Source of the DNA: Acidobacteriota bacterium
Lineage (GTDB): Bacteria > Acidobacteriota > UBA6911 > RPQK01 > JAJDTT01
NCBI GenBank assembly: GCA_965217775.1
Contig: CBDCJH010000002.1
Location: 2,048,001 to 2,112,000 of the forward strand
Length of the DNA stretch: 64,000 bases
Direction: 5' to 3'
This document shows positions 40,801 to 49,520 of the stretch, piece by piece. How positions within the stretch are numbered: the first letter of the stretch is position 1; every line of letters starts with the position of its first letter. The notes under the pieces were generated by a model. That model did not search any database, was not told where the DNA came from, and saw only the letters and a program-made list of their open reading frames with translations. A program made the position numbers and the translations under genes.

Positions 40801-43800
40801 CGACAGCCTGTCGCTGAATGGAGGAACCATCGAGGACGGCTCGAACAACGAGGCCGACCTGGATCATCGCGCGCTGCGAAACCAATCGCGGCACAAGGTG
40901 GAAGGCATCAAACCGGAGTTGGCCGCCACCCGCGGAGCAGTCGTGAACGGAGCGCTGTTGACGCTGACCTATACCGAGACTCTGGACTCGGCGTCAACGC
41001 CGCCGTCCAGCGCCTTCTTCGTGTCGGGGGGCTCTTCGTCGCGAACCGTTTCCGGAGTCGCATTGAGCGGGAGTACGGTGAAACTCACTCTCTCCTCCGC
41101 AGTGGCGCACTGGGAGACGGGGATCCGGGTGAGCTACACGGTCCCGGCCGGGATGGCGGCGGCCCCGATTCAAGACCGGGTCGGCAACAACGCAGACGGA
41201 CTGAGCAGCGAGCCGGTGACGAACGAGACACCGGATCGCATCCCTCCGACGGTCACCTCGGTGGAGATCACTTCGGATCCTCCGGACGGCCGGGACGTCT
41301 ACGGCAGGGGCGAGGAGATCGAGGTCACGGTGACCTTCAGCGAAACCGTCATCGTGTCCGGGACCCCGCGGGTGACGTTGAAGGTGGGGGAGCGGAATCG
41401 ATCGGCGAACTACGAGAGTGTCGCAGGGGCCGTGGTGGCATTTGCCTACACGGTGGCCGTCAATGACAGCGACACCGACGGTGTGAGCATCGAGGCCGGC
41501 AGCCTGTCCGGCGGGACGATCCGGGACACTTCGAGGAACAACGCCGTCCGGACCCACTCTTCGGTGGCGGCCGACACCGGGCAGAAGGTGGACGGAATCA
41601 AACCCGTACTGGCGAGCACCGACGGGGCGGTCGCCAACGGAACGATGTTGACGCTGGCCTACAGTGAGCCTCTGGACTCCTCCTCAGTCCCGGGGAACGA
41701 CGCCTTCTCCGTAACCGGGGGCAGTGAGACGCGGACCGTCACGGGAGTCCGGGTGAGCGGAAGCGCGGTGGAACTGACCCTGACTCCGGCAGTGGAGCAC
41801 GGGGAGACGAGCCTCCGGGTGAGCTACACGATCCCGACCGGAACGGGAGCGACTCCGATCCAGGACACGGCGGGGAACGACGCGGACCGGTTGAGCAACC
41901 GGTCGGTCACCAATCAAACGGGAGACACGACGGGCCCGACGGTCGAGACGGTGAGGATCACCTCCAATGCGGGGTCGGACCGGACCTACGCGGTGGAAGA
42001 TCCCGTCGAGGCGACGGTGACGTTCAACGAGACGGTGGTGGTGACGGGAACCCCGCGGTTGACGTTGAACGTCGGCGGGCAGAATCGAACGGCGGAGTAC
42101 CTGAGCGTCACGGGAGCCGCCGTCAAGTTCGAGTACCGGGTCGCCCGGGGCGACAACGACCGGGACGGCGTGAGTATCGACGCCGACAGCTTGTCCCGCG
42201 GTGGAGGAACGATCCGCGACGGAGCGCGGAATGACGCCACCTTGACCCACGCGGGAGTGGCGGCCGATTCACGGCACCAGGTGGACGGGGTGGCGCCGGT
42301 GCTGGCCACGACGGACGGGGCGGTGGCGAACGGAACGATGCTGACGCTGGCCTACAGTGAGCCCCTGAGGTCGTCCTCGCGGCCGGCGGCGAGCGCCTTC
42401 ACCGTGGGCGGGGGCAGCGAGACTCGGACGGTCACCCGGGTGCAGGTGAGCGGAAGCGCGGTCTTGCTGAGGTTGAACCCGGCCGTGCAGGACACAGAGA
42501 GCGGCCTCCGGTTGAGCTACCAGCCGGGGGGAAACCCCATCGAGGACGTCGTGGGCAACGCCGCGGACGAGCTGAACAACCGACCGGTCACCAACCGCAC
42601 GGGGGACACGACGGGGCCGACAGTGGAGACAGTGCGGATCACCTCGAACGCAGGGTCGGATCAGACCTATGCGGCCGGCGAGACCATCGAAGTGACGGTG
42701 ACCTTCAGCGAGACGGTGGTGGTGACGGGGACGCCGCGGCTGACGTTGAACGTGGGGGGCCGGAGCCGGAGGGCGAACTATCGGGACGTCACGGGGGCCG
42801 CCGTGAGGTTCGAATACCAGGTGGTCTCGGGCGACAGCGCCGCCTACGGGGTAAGCATCGCGGCGAACCGCCTGTCCGGCGGCACGATCCGCGACGGCGC
42901 CCGGAACAACGCCGTGCTGAACCACGCGCCGGTCGCGGCCGAGTCCCGGCACCAGGTGGATGGGATCAAGCCGGTGCTGGCGACGACCGATGGGGCGGTC
43001 GTGAACGGGACGACGCTGACGCTGGCCTACGGCGAGCCTTTGGATACCTCTTCGGTGGCGGCGACGGACGACTTCACCGTGACGGGAGGGAGCGAGACAC
43101 GGACGGTCACGGGAGTTCGGGTGAACGGGAGCGCGGTGTTCCTGACGCTGAGTCCGGCCGTCACGGACGGAGAGAGCCGCCTCCGGGTGAACTACGAGCC
43201 GGGATCGAATCCGATCCAGGACACCGCAGGCAACGACGCGGACCGGTTGAGCAACAGGAGCGTCACGAACCGGACAGCAGACACGATGGGACCGGCCGTG
43301 TCAACGGTTCGGATCACCTCGAGTGCAGGATCGGACCGGACCTACGGCGTGGACGAGACCATCGAGGTGACGGTGACGTTCGAGGAGACGGTGGTGATCA
43401 CCGGAACGCCGGAACTGACCCTGAACGTGGGCGGCGGGAACCGAACGGCGGAGTATCGAAGCATCTCGAACCGGGCCGTGAAATACGCCTACCGGGTGGT
43501 CACGGGCGACAACGACGAGGACGGGGTGAGCCTCGAGGCGAACAGCCTGTCGCCAGCCGGAGGGACGATCCGGGACGGCGCCGGCAATAACGCCATGCTG
43601 GACCATACGGCCGTGGAAGCCAGTTCGAGCCACAAGGTGGACGCGGTCGCCCCGGTGCTGGCACTGACCGATCCGGTGGTGGTCAACGGGGCGACGCTGA
43701 CGCTGACCTACAACGAACCGCTCAACACCTCTTCGCGGCCGGCGGACAGCGACTTCACCGTGGAGGGAGGCAACGAGACGCGCACCGTGACTCGGGTTCA

Positions 43801-46777
43801 GGTGACCGGGAGCACGGTTCGGCTGACGGTGAGTCCAGCGGCGGAGCACGGAGAGACGGGCATCCGCGTGACCTATGAACCCCGATCGAATCCGATCCAG
43901 GACCGGGTGGGCAACGATGCCGAGGGGTTCCGGGACCAGTTCGTAGACAACCGGACCCCGGACACGACGGCGCCGTCGATCGAAGGGATCGAGATCAGTT
44001 CCGATCCGGGAACCGACGAGACGTACGCGATTGGAGACATGATCTTGGTAACGGTGCGCTACGACGAGACGGTGACGGTGGACACGGTGCGGGGGACGCC
44101 GACGCTGGATCTTCTGGTGGGAAACCGGAGAAAGCGGGCCAGCGCCGGCACGGGTCCCGCACGGGCAGTCGTGGTGTTTGTCTACACGGTGGAGGAGGGG
44201 GACGAGGACGAGGATGGAATAAGCGTGCCCCGGGGGAGTATCGCGCTCAACGGAGGGAAGATCCTGGATCTGTCAAACAATGCGGCGGTGCGTAGCTATG
44301 AGGCAGTGGAAGCGCAATCGGACCACAAGGTGGATGGGGCGGAACCGGAGTTGGAGAGCGTGACGGTGCATGACTCGCGAGTGGCGCTGAACTACGACGA
44401 ACCGTTGGATGAGGGTTCGGTGCCGTTGAGTTCCGACTTCGCAGTGACGGTGGCCGGGGATGATCGAACGGTGGTCCAGGTTCGGGTGAGCGGAAACAGC
44501 GTCATCTTGAGGCTGACCTCAGAGGTGACGGCGGGCGAACCCGTGATGGTGAGCTATACGCCAGGGTTCAACCCGATCCAGGACGAGGTGGGCAATGGGG
44601 TCGAGACGTTGACCAATGAACCAGCCGAGCCGCCCCTGGTGACGATCCAGGCCAAGGAGGGATCCGAGACGGTGACGGAAGGGGACACCGTGGTGTTCAC
44701 CCTGACGCGGGGGCCGCCGACGGAGGCCGCGCTGACGGTGAGTCTGGAGGTCACGGAGACGAGATCGATGATCGAAACCTCGGGCGGGTACGAACCGCCG
44801 GAGGAGGTGGAGTTCCGGTCCGGACAGGAGACGGCGACGTTGGAGGTGTTGACCGACGATGACGACGTTGCCGAATCCACCAGCCGGGTCACCGCCCGGC
44901 TGCAGCCGGGAGACGAGTACCGGCTGGGCCCGACTTCGACCCAGAGCGCCCGGGTGACGGTCCAGGACAACGAAGTCTCGGCCCCGCCTCCGCCTCCTCC
45001 TCCACCGCCACCGCCCCCTCCGCCGCCGCCGCCGCCGCCACCACCGCCTCCTCCGCCGGCTGCGACTGTGCCCACGGCACCGTTGAACCTGCAGGCAGAA
45101 GCCGGGGACGGTGAAGTGACGCTCTCCTGGGAGGCCCCCGAGAGCGACGGCCGCTCCTCCCTCACCGGCTACCAGGTCCGGATCGACCGGGCCGGGGACT
45201 GGATCTCCATCGGTTCCACGGACCGGACCCATACGGTCACCGGACTGACCAACGGCCGGACCTACGTCTTCGAGGTGCGGGCCGTGAACTCGGTCGGTCA
45301 GGGTCCTGCCTCCAACGCGGTCGAGGCCACGCCCATGGCGGAGGAGGTGATCCTGGAGTTCGCCCATTTCGGAAACGGCTATTCGGACAACGACGTGCTC
45401 ATCACCTCCGACCTGGTGCTGGTGAACGTGGCCGAGTCAGAGATTCGTCCCGTCATCTATTTCTTCGACGGGGAGGGAGATCTGTTTGAAGCCGAGTCCG
45501 TGGTGGACCTCGGGGACGATCTGGAGATCCGGGAGGACGGAGGGCTGTCGCCCCGGACGGAGATCGCGTCGCTGGGTGAGCTGACGATCTCGACCCACGG
45601 CCGGGGCAAAGTCGTGACGGGATCGGTCCGGGTGATGTCGGACGGACCCATCGGCGGCGTGGTCCGCTTCGACATCCCCGGGATCGGCGTCGCCGGCGTC
45701 GGCGCCAGCGAACCCACGGCGGACGCCCTGTTCCCGGCCCGGCGGCAGGCCGGCGGGATCCGCACTGCGGCGGCCATCCACAACTTGGGGATGGAGGCTG
45801 TCGACGTCCAGTGCCGGTTGATGAAGGATGGCAGAGTGCTGGAAGAGGGGGAGATCGAACTCAGCGCCAACGGCCAGGATGCCCAGTTCCTCGAGGAGCT
45901 GTTCACCGCGACCGACACCACGGACTTCGTGGGGTCGGTGCGCTGTACGGTCCCGGCGGGTGAGTCGTTCACGGGAGTGGCGGTGGAACTGGATGCGGGC
46001 AACCGGATCTTCACCACGCTGCCGGTGGTGCCGATCGGCCCGGAGGCTGCCGAAGACCAGGAAACGACCCTGACCTTCGCGCATTTCGCGAATGGAACTT
46101 CCGGCGACGGGACCTTGATCACCTCGGACCTGGTGCTGGTGAACGTGGCGGCGTCAACGGTTCGTCCCGCCGTCTACTTTTACGATCAGCGTGGGGAACT
46201 GCTGGAGCCGGAATCGATGGTGGAGGTCGAAGACCATCTTCTCGTCCGAGAGGACGGAGGCTTGACCCTGCGAATGGCCCTGGCCCATCTGGGCGAGTTG
46301 ACGATCTCGACCCACGGCCGCGGAGACGTGGTGACCGGATCGGTGCGGGTGGTGGCGAACGGACCCGTCGGCGGCGTCCTGCGCTTCGACATCCCGGGCG
46401 TCGGCGTGGCCGGCGTGGGCGCGAGTCAACCCACGTCGGACGCGCTGTTTCCGGCCCGGAGGCAAACGAGCGGGATCCGCACGGCGGCGTCCATCCGGAA
46501 CCTGGAAGCGGAGCGGGCGACGGTTCGCTGCGGGTTGATGAGCGGGGGCGAGGAGTTGGAAGAAGTGGACATCCCTCTCAACGGCCATGGACAGTATGCT
46601 CGCTTCATCGAAGAGGTGTTCACCAGGACGGATACGGTCGGCTTCGTGGGATCGGTACGATGCACGGCTCTTGGGGAAGGGACGTTCACCGGAGTGGCGG
46701 TGGAACTGGACACCGGCAACCGGATCTTCACCACCCTACCGGTCGTGCCCATCCAAACCACAGTCTCTCAGCAGTAA
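37808..46777 (+). CDS. Second giant exported dikinase-like/SwmB repeat protein (paralog of 28252-37242)
   Basis: Same domain order, intact frame, 2989 vs 2996 aa. Confidence 0.88.
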   Translation: MTLAERWQRFWRTESRDRASSRPDSHPSFVAPAWSRQSETPRPQNRSCSSDPRSRGRLTHSALTFSHRLAAGLLAALALTAPAIAQDGADPTCPGGGYNPTPTEVAVTAVPIVVESTTEEYFVLYVKHDVDGTEVEIPVAVTLGEADTTTLAENVEALPAERYRVEKYLVADPADVDGDCIDDLTELADPVGLNPVNPAAAIPRTDGVVAIPDLATFEAISVSGDHLKFVLLGMNTDSPRLYFMNTRTTMLHEEFLNAVGIESGQEGIIDGSLTHRGNLVAPDGSPGVYCFWWYHREQPYSFSVVARAHTLLAASMPLLEDDLAFFISNAALPHSQPFLPLFRESRIHLVFDDEFYGEASVLLLNPGEGYGRLRVMDPDERPHPRDIVIYEALPNELPRVAGIISTVPQTPLSHVNLRAVQNGIPNAFIRDALDRDRIVALLGSYVRYEVTESRWYLRAASPEEVDAHYESSRPAQAQTPERDLSVTGITPLSEIGFEDWRAFGVKAANVAVLGTLGFPDGTVPDGFAVPFYFYDEFMKANGLYDEIEEMLADPAFQTDFDEQEDDLKDLRKDIKDAETPQWITDALTAMHATYPEGQSLRYRSSTNNEDLPGFNGAGLYDSKTQKPDETEKDGIDKSLKQVYASLWNFRAFSEREFHRIDHLTAAMGVLVHPNYTDELANGVAVSFDLLYGRLGSYYVNTQVGEDLVTNPEAHSVPEEILLDEFGGYSVLGISNQVPPGQLLMSEDQLDQLRRHLEVIHDHFETLYNPAPEEPFAMEIEFKITSANILAIKQARPWVFYTDMDETAPKFSSALVNGATLTLVYSEPLDSSSVPGNDAFTVTGGNRTRRVTRVRVSGRSVELTLDPAVEDGETNLRVSYAVPTGTGATPIQDAAGNDAAGLSAEPVTNETADTTPPAVSQLEITSDAGSDATYAIGDDIELTVTFSEDVLVTGRPQLTLRVGDQDRTADYESVTDAEVLFRYRVVTGDIDTNGVSIAADSLSLNGGTIEDGSNNEADLDHRALRNQSRHKVEGIKPELAATRGAVVNGALLTLTYTETLDSASTPPSSAFFVSGGSSSRTVSGVALSGSTVKLTLSSAVAHWETGIRVSYTVPAGMAAAPIQDRVGNNADGLSSEPVTNETPDRIPPTVTSVEITSDPPDGRDVYGRGEEIEVTVTFSETVIVSGTPRVTLKVGERNRSANYESVAGAVVAFAYTVAVNDSDTDGVSIEAGSLSGGTIRDTSRNNAVRTHSSVAADTGQKVDGIKPVLASTDGAVANGTMLTLAYSEPLDSSSVPGNDAFSVTGGSETRTVTGVRVSGSAVELTLTPAVEHGETSLRVSYTIPTGTGATPIQDTAGNDADRLSNRSVTNQTGDTTGPTVETVRITSNAGSDRTYAVEDPVEATVTFNETVVVTGTPRLTLNVGGQNRTAEYLSVTGAAVKFEYRVARGDNDRDGVSIDADSLSRGGGTIRDGARNDATLTHAGVAADSRHQVDGVAPVLATTDGAVANGTMLTLAYSEPLRSSSRPAASAFTVGGGSETRTVTRVQVSGSAVLLRLNPAVQDTESGLRLSYQPGGNPIEDVVGNAADELNNRPVTNRTGDTTGPTVETVRITSNAGSDQTYAAGETIEVTVTFSETVVVTGTPRLTLNVGGRSRRANYRDVTGAAVRFEYQVVSGDSAAYGVSIAANRLSGGTIRDGARNNAVLNHAPVAAESRHQVDGIKPVLATTDGAVVNGTTLTLAYGEPLDTSSVAATDDFTVTGGSETRTVTGVRVNGSAVFLTLSPAVTDGESRLRVNYEPGSNPIQDTAGNDADRLSNRSVTNRTADTMGPAVSTVRITSSAGSDRTYGVDETIEVTVTFEETVVITGTPELTLNVGGGNRTAEYRSISNRAVKYAYRVVTGDNDEDGVSLEANSLSPAGGTIRDGAGNNAMLDHTAVEASSSHKVDAVAPVLALTDPVVVNGATLTLTYNEPLNTSSRPADSDFTVEGGNETRTVTRVQVTGSTVRLTVSPAAEHGETGIRVTYEPRSNPIQDRVGNDAEGFRDQFVDNRTPDTTAPSIEGIEISSDPGTDETYAIGDMILVTVRYDETVTVDTVRGTPTLDLLVGNRRKRASAGTGPARAVVVFVYTVEEGDEDEDGISVPRGSIALNGGKILDLSNNAAVRSYEAVEAQSDHKVDGAEPELESVTVHDSRVALNYDEPLDEGSVPLSSDFAVTVAGDDRTVVQVRVSGNSVILRLTSEVTAGEPVMVSYTPGFNPIQDEVGNGVETLTNEPAEPPLVTIQAKEGSETVTEGDTVVFTLTRGPPTEAALTVSLEVTETRSMIETSGGYEPPEEVEFRSGQETATLEVLTDDDDVAESTSRVTARLQPGDEYRLGPTSTQSARVTVQDNEVSAPPPPPPPPPPPPPPPPPPPPPPPPPAATVPTAPLNLQAEAGDGEVTLSWEAPESDGRSSLTGYQVRIDRAGDWISIGSTDRTHTVTGLTNGRTYVFEVRAVNSVGQGPASNAVEATPMAEEVILEFAHFGNGYSDNDVLITSDLVLVNVAESEIRPVIYFFDGEGDLFEAESVVDLGDDLEIREDGGLSPRTEIASLGELTISTHGRGKVVTGSVRVMSDGPIGGVVRFDIPGIGVAGVGASEPTADALFPARRQAGGIRTAAAIHNLGMEAVDVQCRLMKDGRVLEEGEIELSANGQDAQFLEELFTATDTTDFVGSVRCTVPAGESFTGVAVELDAGNRIFTTLPVVPIGPEAAEDQETTLTFAHFANGTSGDGTLITSDLVLVNVAASTVRPAVYFYDQRGELLEPESMVEVEDHLLVREDGGLTLRMALAHLGELTISTHGRGDVVTGSVRVVANGPVGGVLRFDIPGVGVAGVGASQPTSDALFPARRQTSGIRTAASIRNLEAERATVRCGLMSGGEELEEVDIPLNGHGQYARFIEEVFTRTDTVGFVGSVRCTALGEGTFTGVAVELDTGNRIFTTLPVVPIQTTVSQQ

Positions 46778-47122
46778 TTCCAACAGGACCCGCTCCGAGA
46801 TTCCCACGGCCGACTCAGGGTACGATAAGAACATGGTAGAGGTCGGCGCGTACGTCGGCCAGATCGGCTTTGGACCTCCTCGATCCGATCTTCGTCTGAA
46901 CCTGCTTCCCCTGTTCTCCTGACCGTGGCCACGGAGGAATATCAGGAGGCCTTGCACAGGTTCCTGAGTGAGTATGAAGCCGTCGAATCTGAAAAGAAGC
47001 GCTTGACCGATCAGCAGAAAGCGCTCGAAGAGGCAGAAACTGAACTGTCATTCCGTATTTGCGTCATTGGAATCCACGGGAGAAATCGCGGATTCGGGTG
47101 CCGAATGAGGAGGATCTCGCCG

Positions 47123-48316
47123 ATGCCGCGCAAGCTCAACTGGGGACTGGTGGGAGGCGGCGAGGGAAGCCAGATCGGAGGCGCCCACCGCATCGGCGCC
47201 AGGCTGGACGGACACTTCGAGCTGGTCGCCGGCGCCCTCGACATCGACCCGGTCCGGGCCCGCGAGTTCGCGATCCGGATGGGCATCGCCGAGGAACGGG
47301 CCTACGGGGACTGGAGCCGGATGCTTGAGTGCGAAAAGAGCCTGGGGCCAGACTCCCGGCTCGACCTGGTGACGGTCGCCACACCGAACTCCACCCACCA
47401 TGCGATCTCCAAGTCGTTTCTGGAGGCAGGCTTCCACGTGCTCTGCGAGAAGCCGCTGACGACGACTCTGGCGGACGGCGAGGACCTGGTCCGGACCGCC
47501 CGCGAGGCGGACCGGATCCTGGCGGTGAACTACGGTTACAGCGGCTACCCCATGGTGCGCCAGGCGCGGGCCATGGTTCGCGACGGCGAGCTGGGGCGGA
47601 TCCGGGTCGTGGTGGCGGAATTCTCGCACGGTTCGCACGCGGATGCCGCCGACGCGGACAACCCCAGGGTCGGTTGGCGCTACGATCCGGAGCAGACCGG
47701 CGTGAGCTCGGTGCTCGCCGATGCCGGCCTGCACGCGCTCCACCTGGCCTGCTTCGTCATCGGGAGCGACGTGACTCGCGTCTCCGCAGATTTCGTCTCC
47801 ACCATCAAGAGCCGGGAACTCGAGGACGACGCCCTGTTGGCGCTGCGATTCTCTGGCGGCGCGGTGGGCCGGCTCTGGACCAGCGCGGTGGCGGTCGGGC
47901 AGCAGCACGGCTTGACCCTGCGAGTCTTCGGAGAGCGCGGCGGGCTGCGCTGGGCTCAGGAGCATCCAAACCAGCTCTATTGGACCCCTTTGGGGCAACC
48001 GGTCCGGACGCTGGAACGAGGGGATGCCAGCCTCTCCGAAGAAGCAAACCTGGCTTCCCGGGTCACTGTGGGCCACGCCGAGGGACTGCCGAGCGCATTC
48101 GCCAACATCTACTCGAATCTCGCGGAGGCGATCCGCGCCCGGGAGGAAAGACGGGACCCAAATCCGCACGCGACCTGGTATCCGACCGGGGAGGAGGGCG
48201 TCCGGACGCTGGCCGTGGTCCACGCCGCCGCCCGGTCCGCGCGGAACGGAGGGGCTTGGGTCGAGGTCCGAATCCCACGTCAGCTTCTCTCAAAAAAACG
48301 TAGGGACACCCTGTAG
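47123..48316 (+). CDS. Gfo/Idh/MocA family oxidoreductase
   Basis: GLVGGGEGSQIG, TPN..H and CEKP motifs; start placed at MPRKLNWG. Confidence 0.9.
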   Translation: MPRKLNWGLVGGGEGSQIGGAHRIGARLDGHFELVAGALDIDPVRAREFAIRMGIAEERAYGDWSRMLECEKSLGPDSRLDLVTVATPNSTHHAISKSFLEAGFHVLCEKPLTTTLADGEDLVRTAREADRILAVNYGYSGYPMVRQARAMVRDGELGRIRVVVAEFSHGSHADAADADNPRVGWRYDPEQTGVSSVLADAGLHALHLACFVIGSDVTRVSADFVSTIKSRELEDDALLALRFSGGAVGRLWTSAVAVGQQHGLTLRVFGERGGLRWAQEHPNQLYWTPLGQPVRTLERGDASLSEEANLASRVTVGHAEGLPSAFANIYSNLAEAIRAREERRDPNPHATWYPTGEEGVRTLAVVHAAARSARNGGAWVEVRIPRQLLSKKRRDTL

Positions 48317-48466
48317 GGGTGACTTCCAGTCGCCTATTCCTCCGCTCCCCCGTGTGCTCCTTCCCCATGCTCTCCTGTCCACTTAAGGCCTTGGGAGTTC
48401 GGCGGTTGGAAACCGCCGCTCCAATCTTGTAGAGTGCCCCGCACGCACCCGAACGGAATTCAGCCG

Positions 48467-49483
48467 ATGCTCCACCGGATCCTCCTCGTCATTCTCTGCC
48501 TGCTGCCGATGGCCGCCTGCACCAGGTCCGGGCCCGGCGCTCAGAAGCCCAGGCTCGCGTACGTGACCAACGGGGTCGCCTCCTTCTGGACCATCGCCGA
48601 AGCCGGTGCGCTCAAGGCGGGCCGGGACCTGAACGTGGACGTGGACGTGCGGATGCCGGTGGAAGGCGTGCTGGACCAGAAACGGATCGTGGAAGATCTG
48701 CTGGCCCGGGGTATCGACGGCATGGCCATCAGCCCCATCGACCCGGACAACCAGGAGGACCTGGTCAACGAAGCCTGCGACCGCACCACCGTTATCACCC
48801 ACGACTCGGACGCGCCCCGAACCCGGCGGCTCTGCTATGTGGGGATGGACAACTACAGGGCGGGCCGCCTGGTGGGCAAGCTGGTCAAAGAAGCCATGCC
48901 CGAGGGAGGCTCGGTGATGCTCTTCGTCGGCCGGCTGGAGCAGCTCAACGCCTCCCAGAGAAGGCAGGGGGTGATCGACGAGGTGCTGGACCGTCCGGGA
49001 GAGACCATGGGTGCCGTCGATCCCCCGAATGCGGCTCTGAAGGGTGAGCGCTACACCATTCTGGACACCCGCACCGACCAGTTCGACCAGGCCAAGGCCA
49101 AGGCCAATTGCGAGGACGCCATTGCCCGCTATCCCGATCTGGGCTGCATGGTCGGACTCTTCGCCTACAACCCGCCCGCCTGCCTGGTGGCTCTGGAGCA
49201 GGCCGGGGTGGACGGGATCCACCTGGTGGGGTTCGACGAAGCCGACGCGACCTTGCAGGGCATCCTGGACGGCCGGATCCACGGCACCGTGGTCCAGCAG
49301 CCGTACCAGTACGGCTACGAATCGGTGCGGATCCTGGCGGGCTTGGCCCAAGGAGACCGCAGCGTCCTTCCCGAGAATGGATTCCTGAATATCCCGGCCC
49401 AGACGATCCGTGCGGACAACGTCCGGGAATTCTGGGACGATCTGAACCGCAAGATGGCGGAGGCAAAGGGCGCTACGCCCTGA
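48467..49483 (+). CDS. Sugar ABC transporter substrate-binding lipoprotein
   Basis: Lipobox MAAC; THDSD, YVGMDNY.AG, VGFD and VVQQPY motifs. Confidence 0.9.
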   Translation: MLHRILLVILCLLPMAACTRSGPGAQKPRLAYVTNGVASFWTIAEAGALKAGRDLNVDVDVRMPVEGVLDQKRIVEDLLARGIDGMAISPIDPDNQEDLVNEACDRTTVITHDSDAPRTRRLCYVGMDNYRAGRLVGKLVKEAMPEGGSVMLFVGRLEQLNASQRRQGVIDEVLDRPGETMGAVDPPNAALKGERYTILDTRTDQFDQAKAKANCEDAIARYPDLGCMVGLFAYNPPACLVALEQAGVDGIHLVGFDEADATLQGILDGRIHGTVVQQPYQYGYESVRILAGLAQGDRSVLPENGFLNIPAQTIRADNVREFWDDLNRKMAEAKGATP

Positions 49484-49520
49484 TTCCGGCGCAATTCCCT
49501 GCCCCGTAGCGACACACTCC

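Larger units (their letters stand above)
37475..46787. repeat. Copy 2 of the ~9.3 kb direct duplication
   Basis: Colinear with 27919-37252; separated from it by a 222-bp unrelated spacer. Confidence 0.95.

Noticed and set aside
38042-40894. Long antisense ORFs (950 aa here; also 6844-8583, 11295-13346, 16970-18793, 54516-56186, 58316-59701)
   Set aside because: These are shadow ORFs produced by high GC3 on the real coding strand and contain no recognisable motifs.
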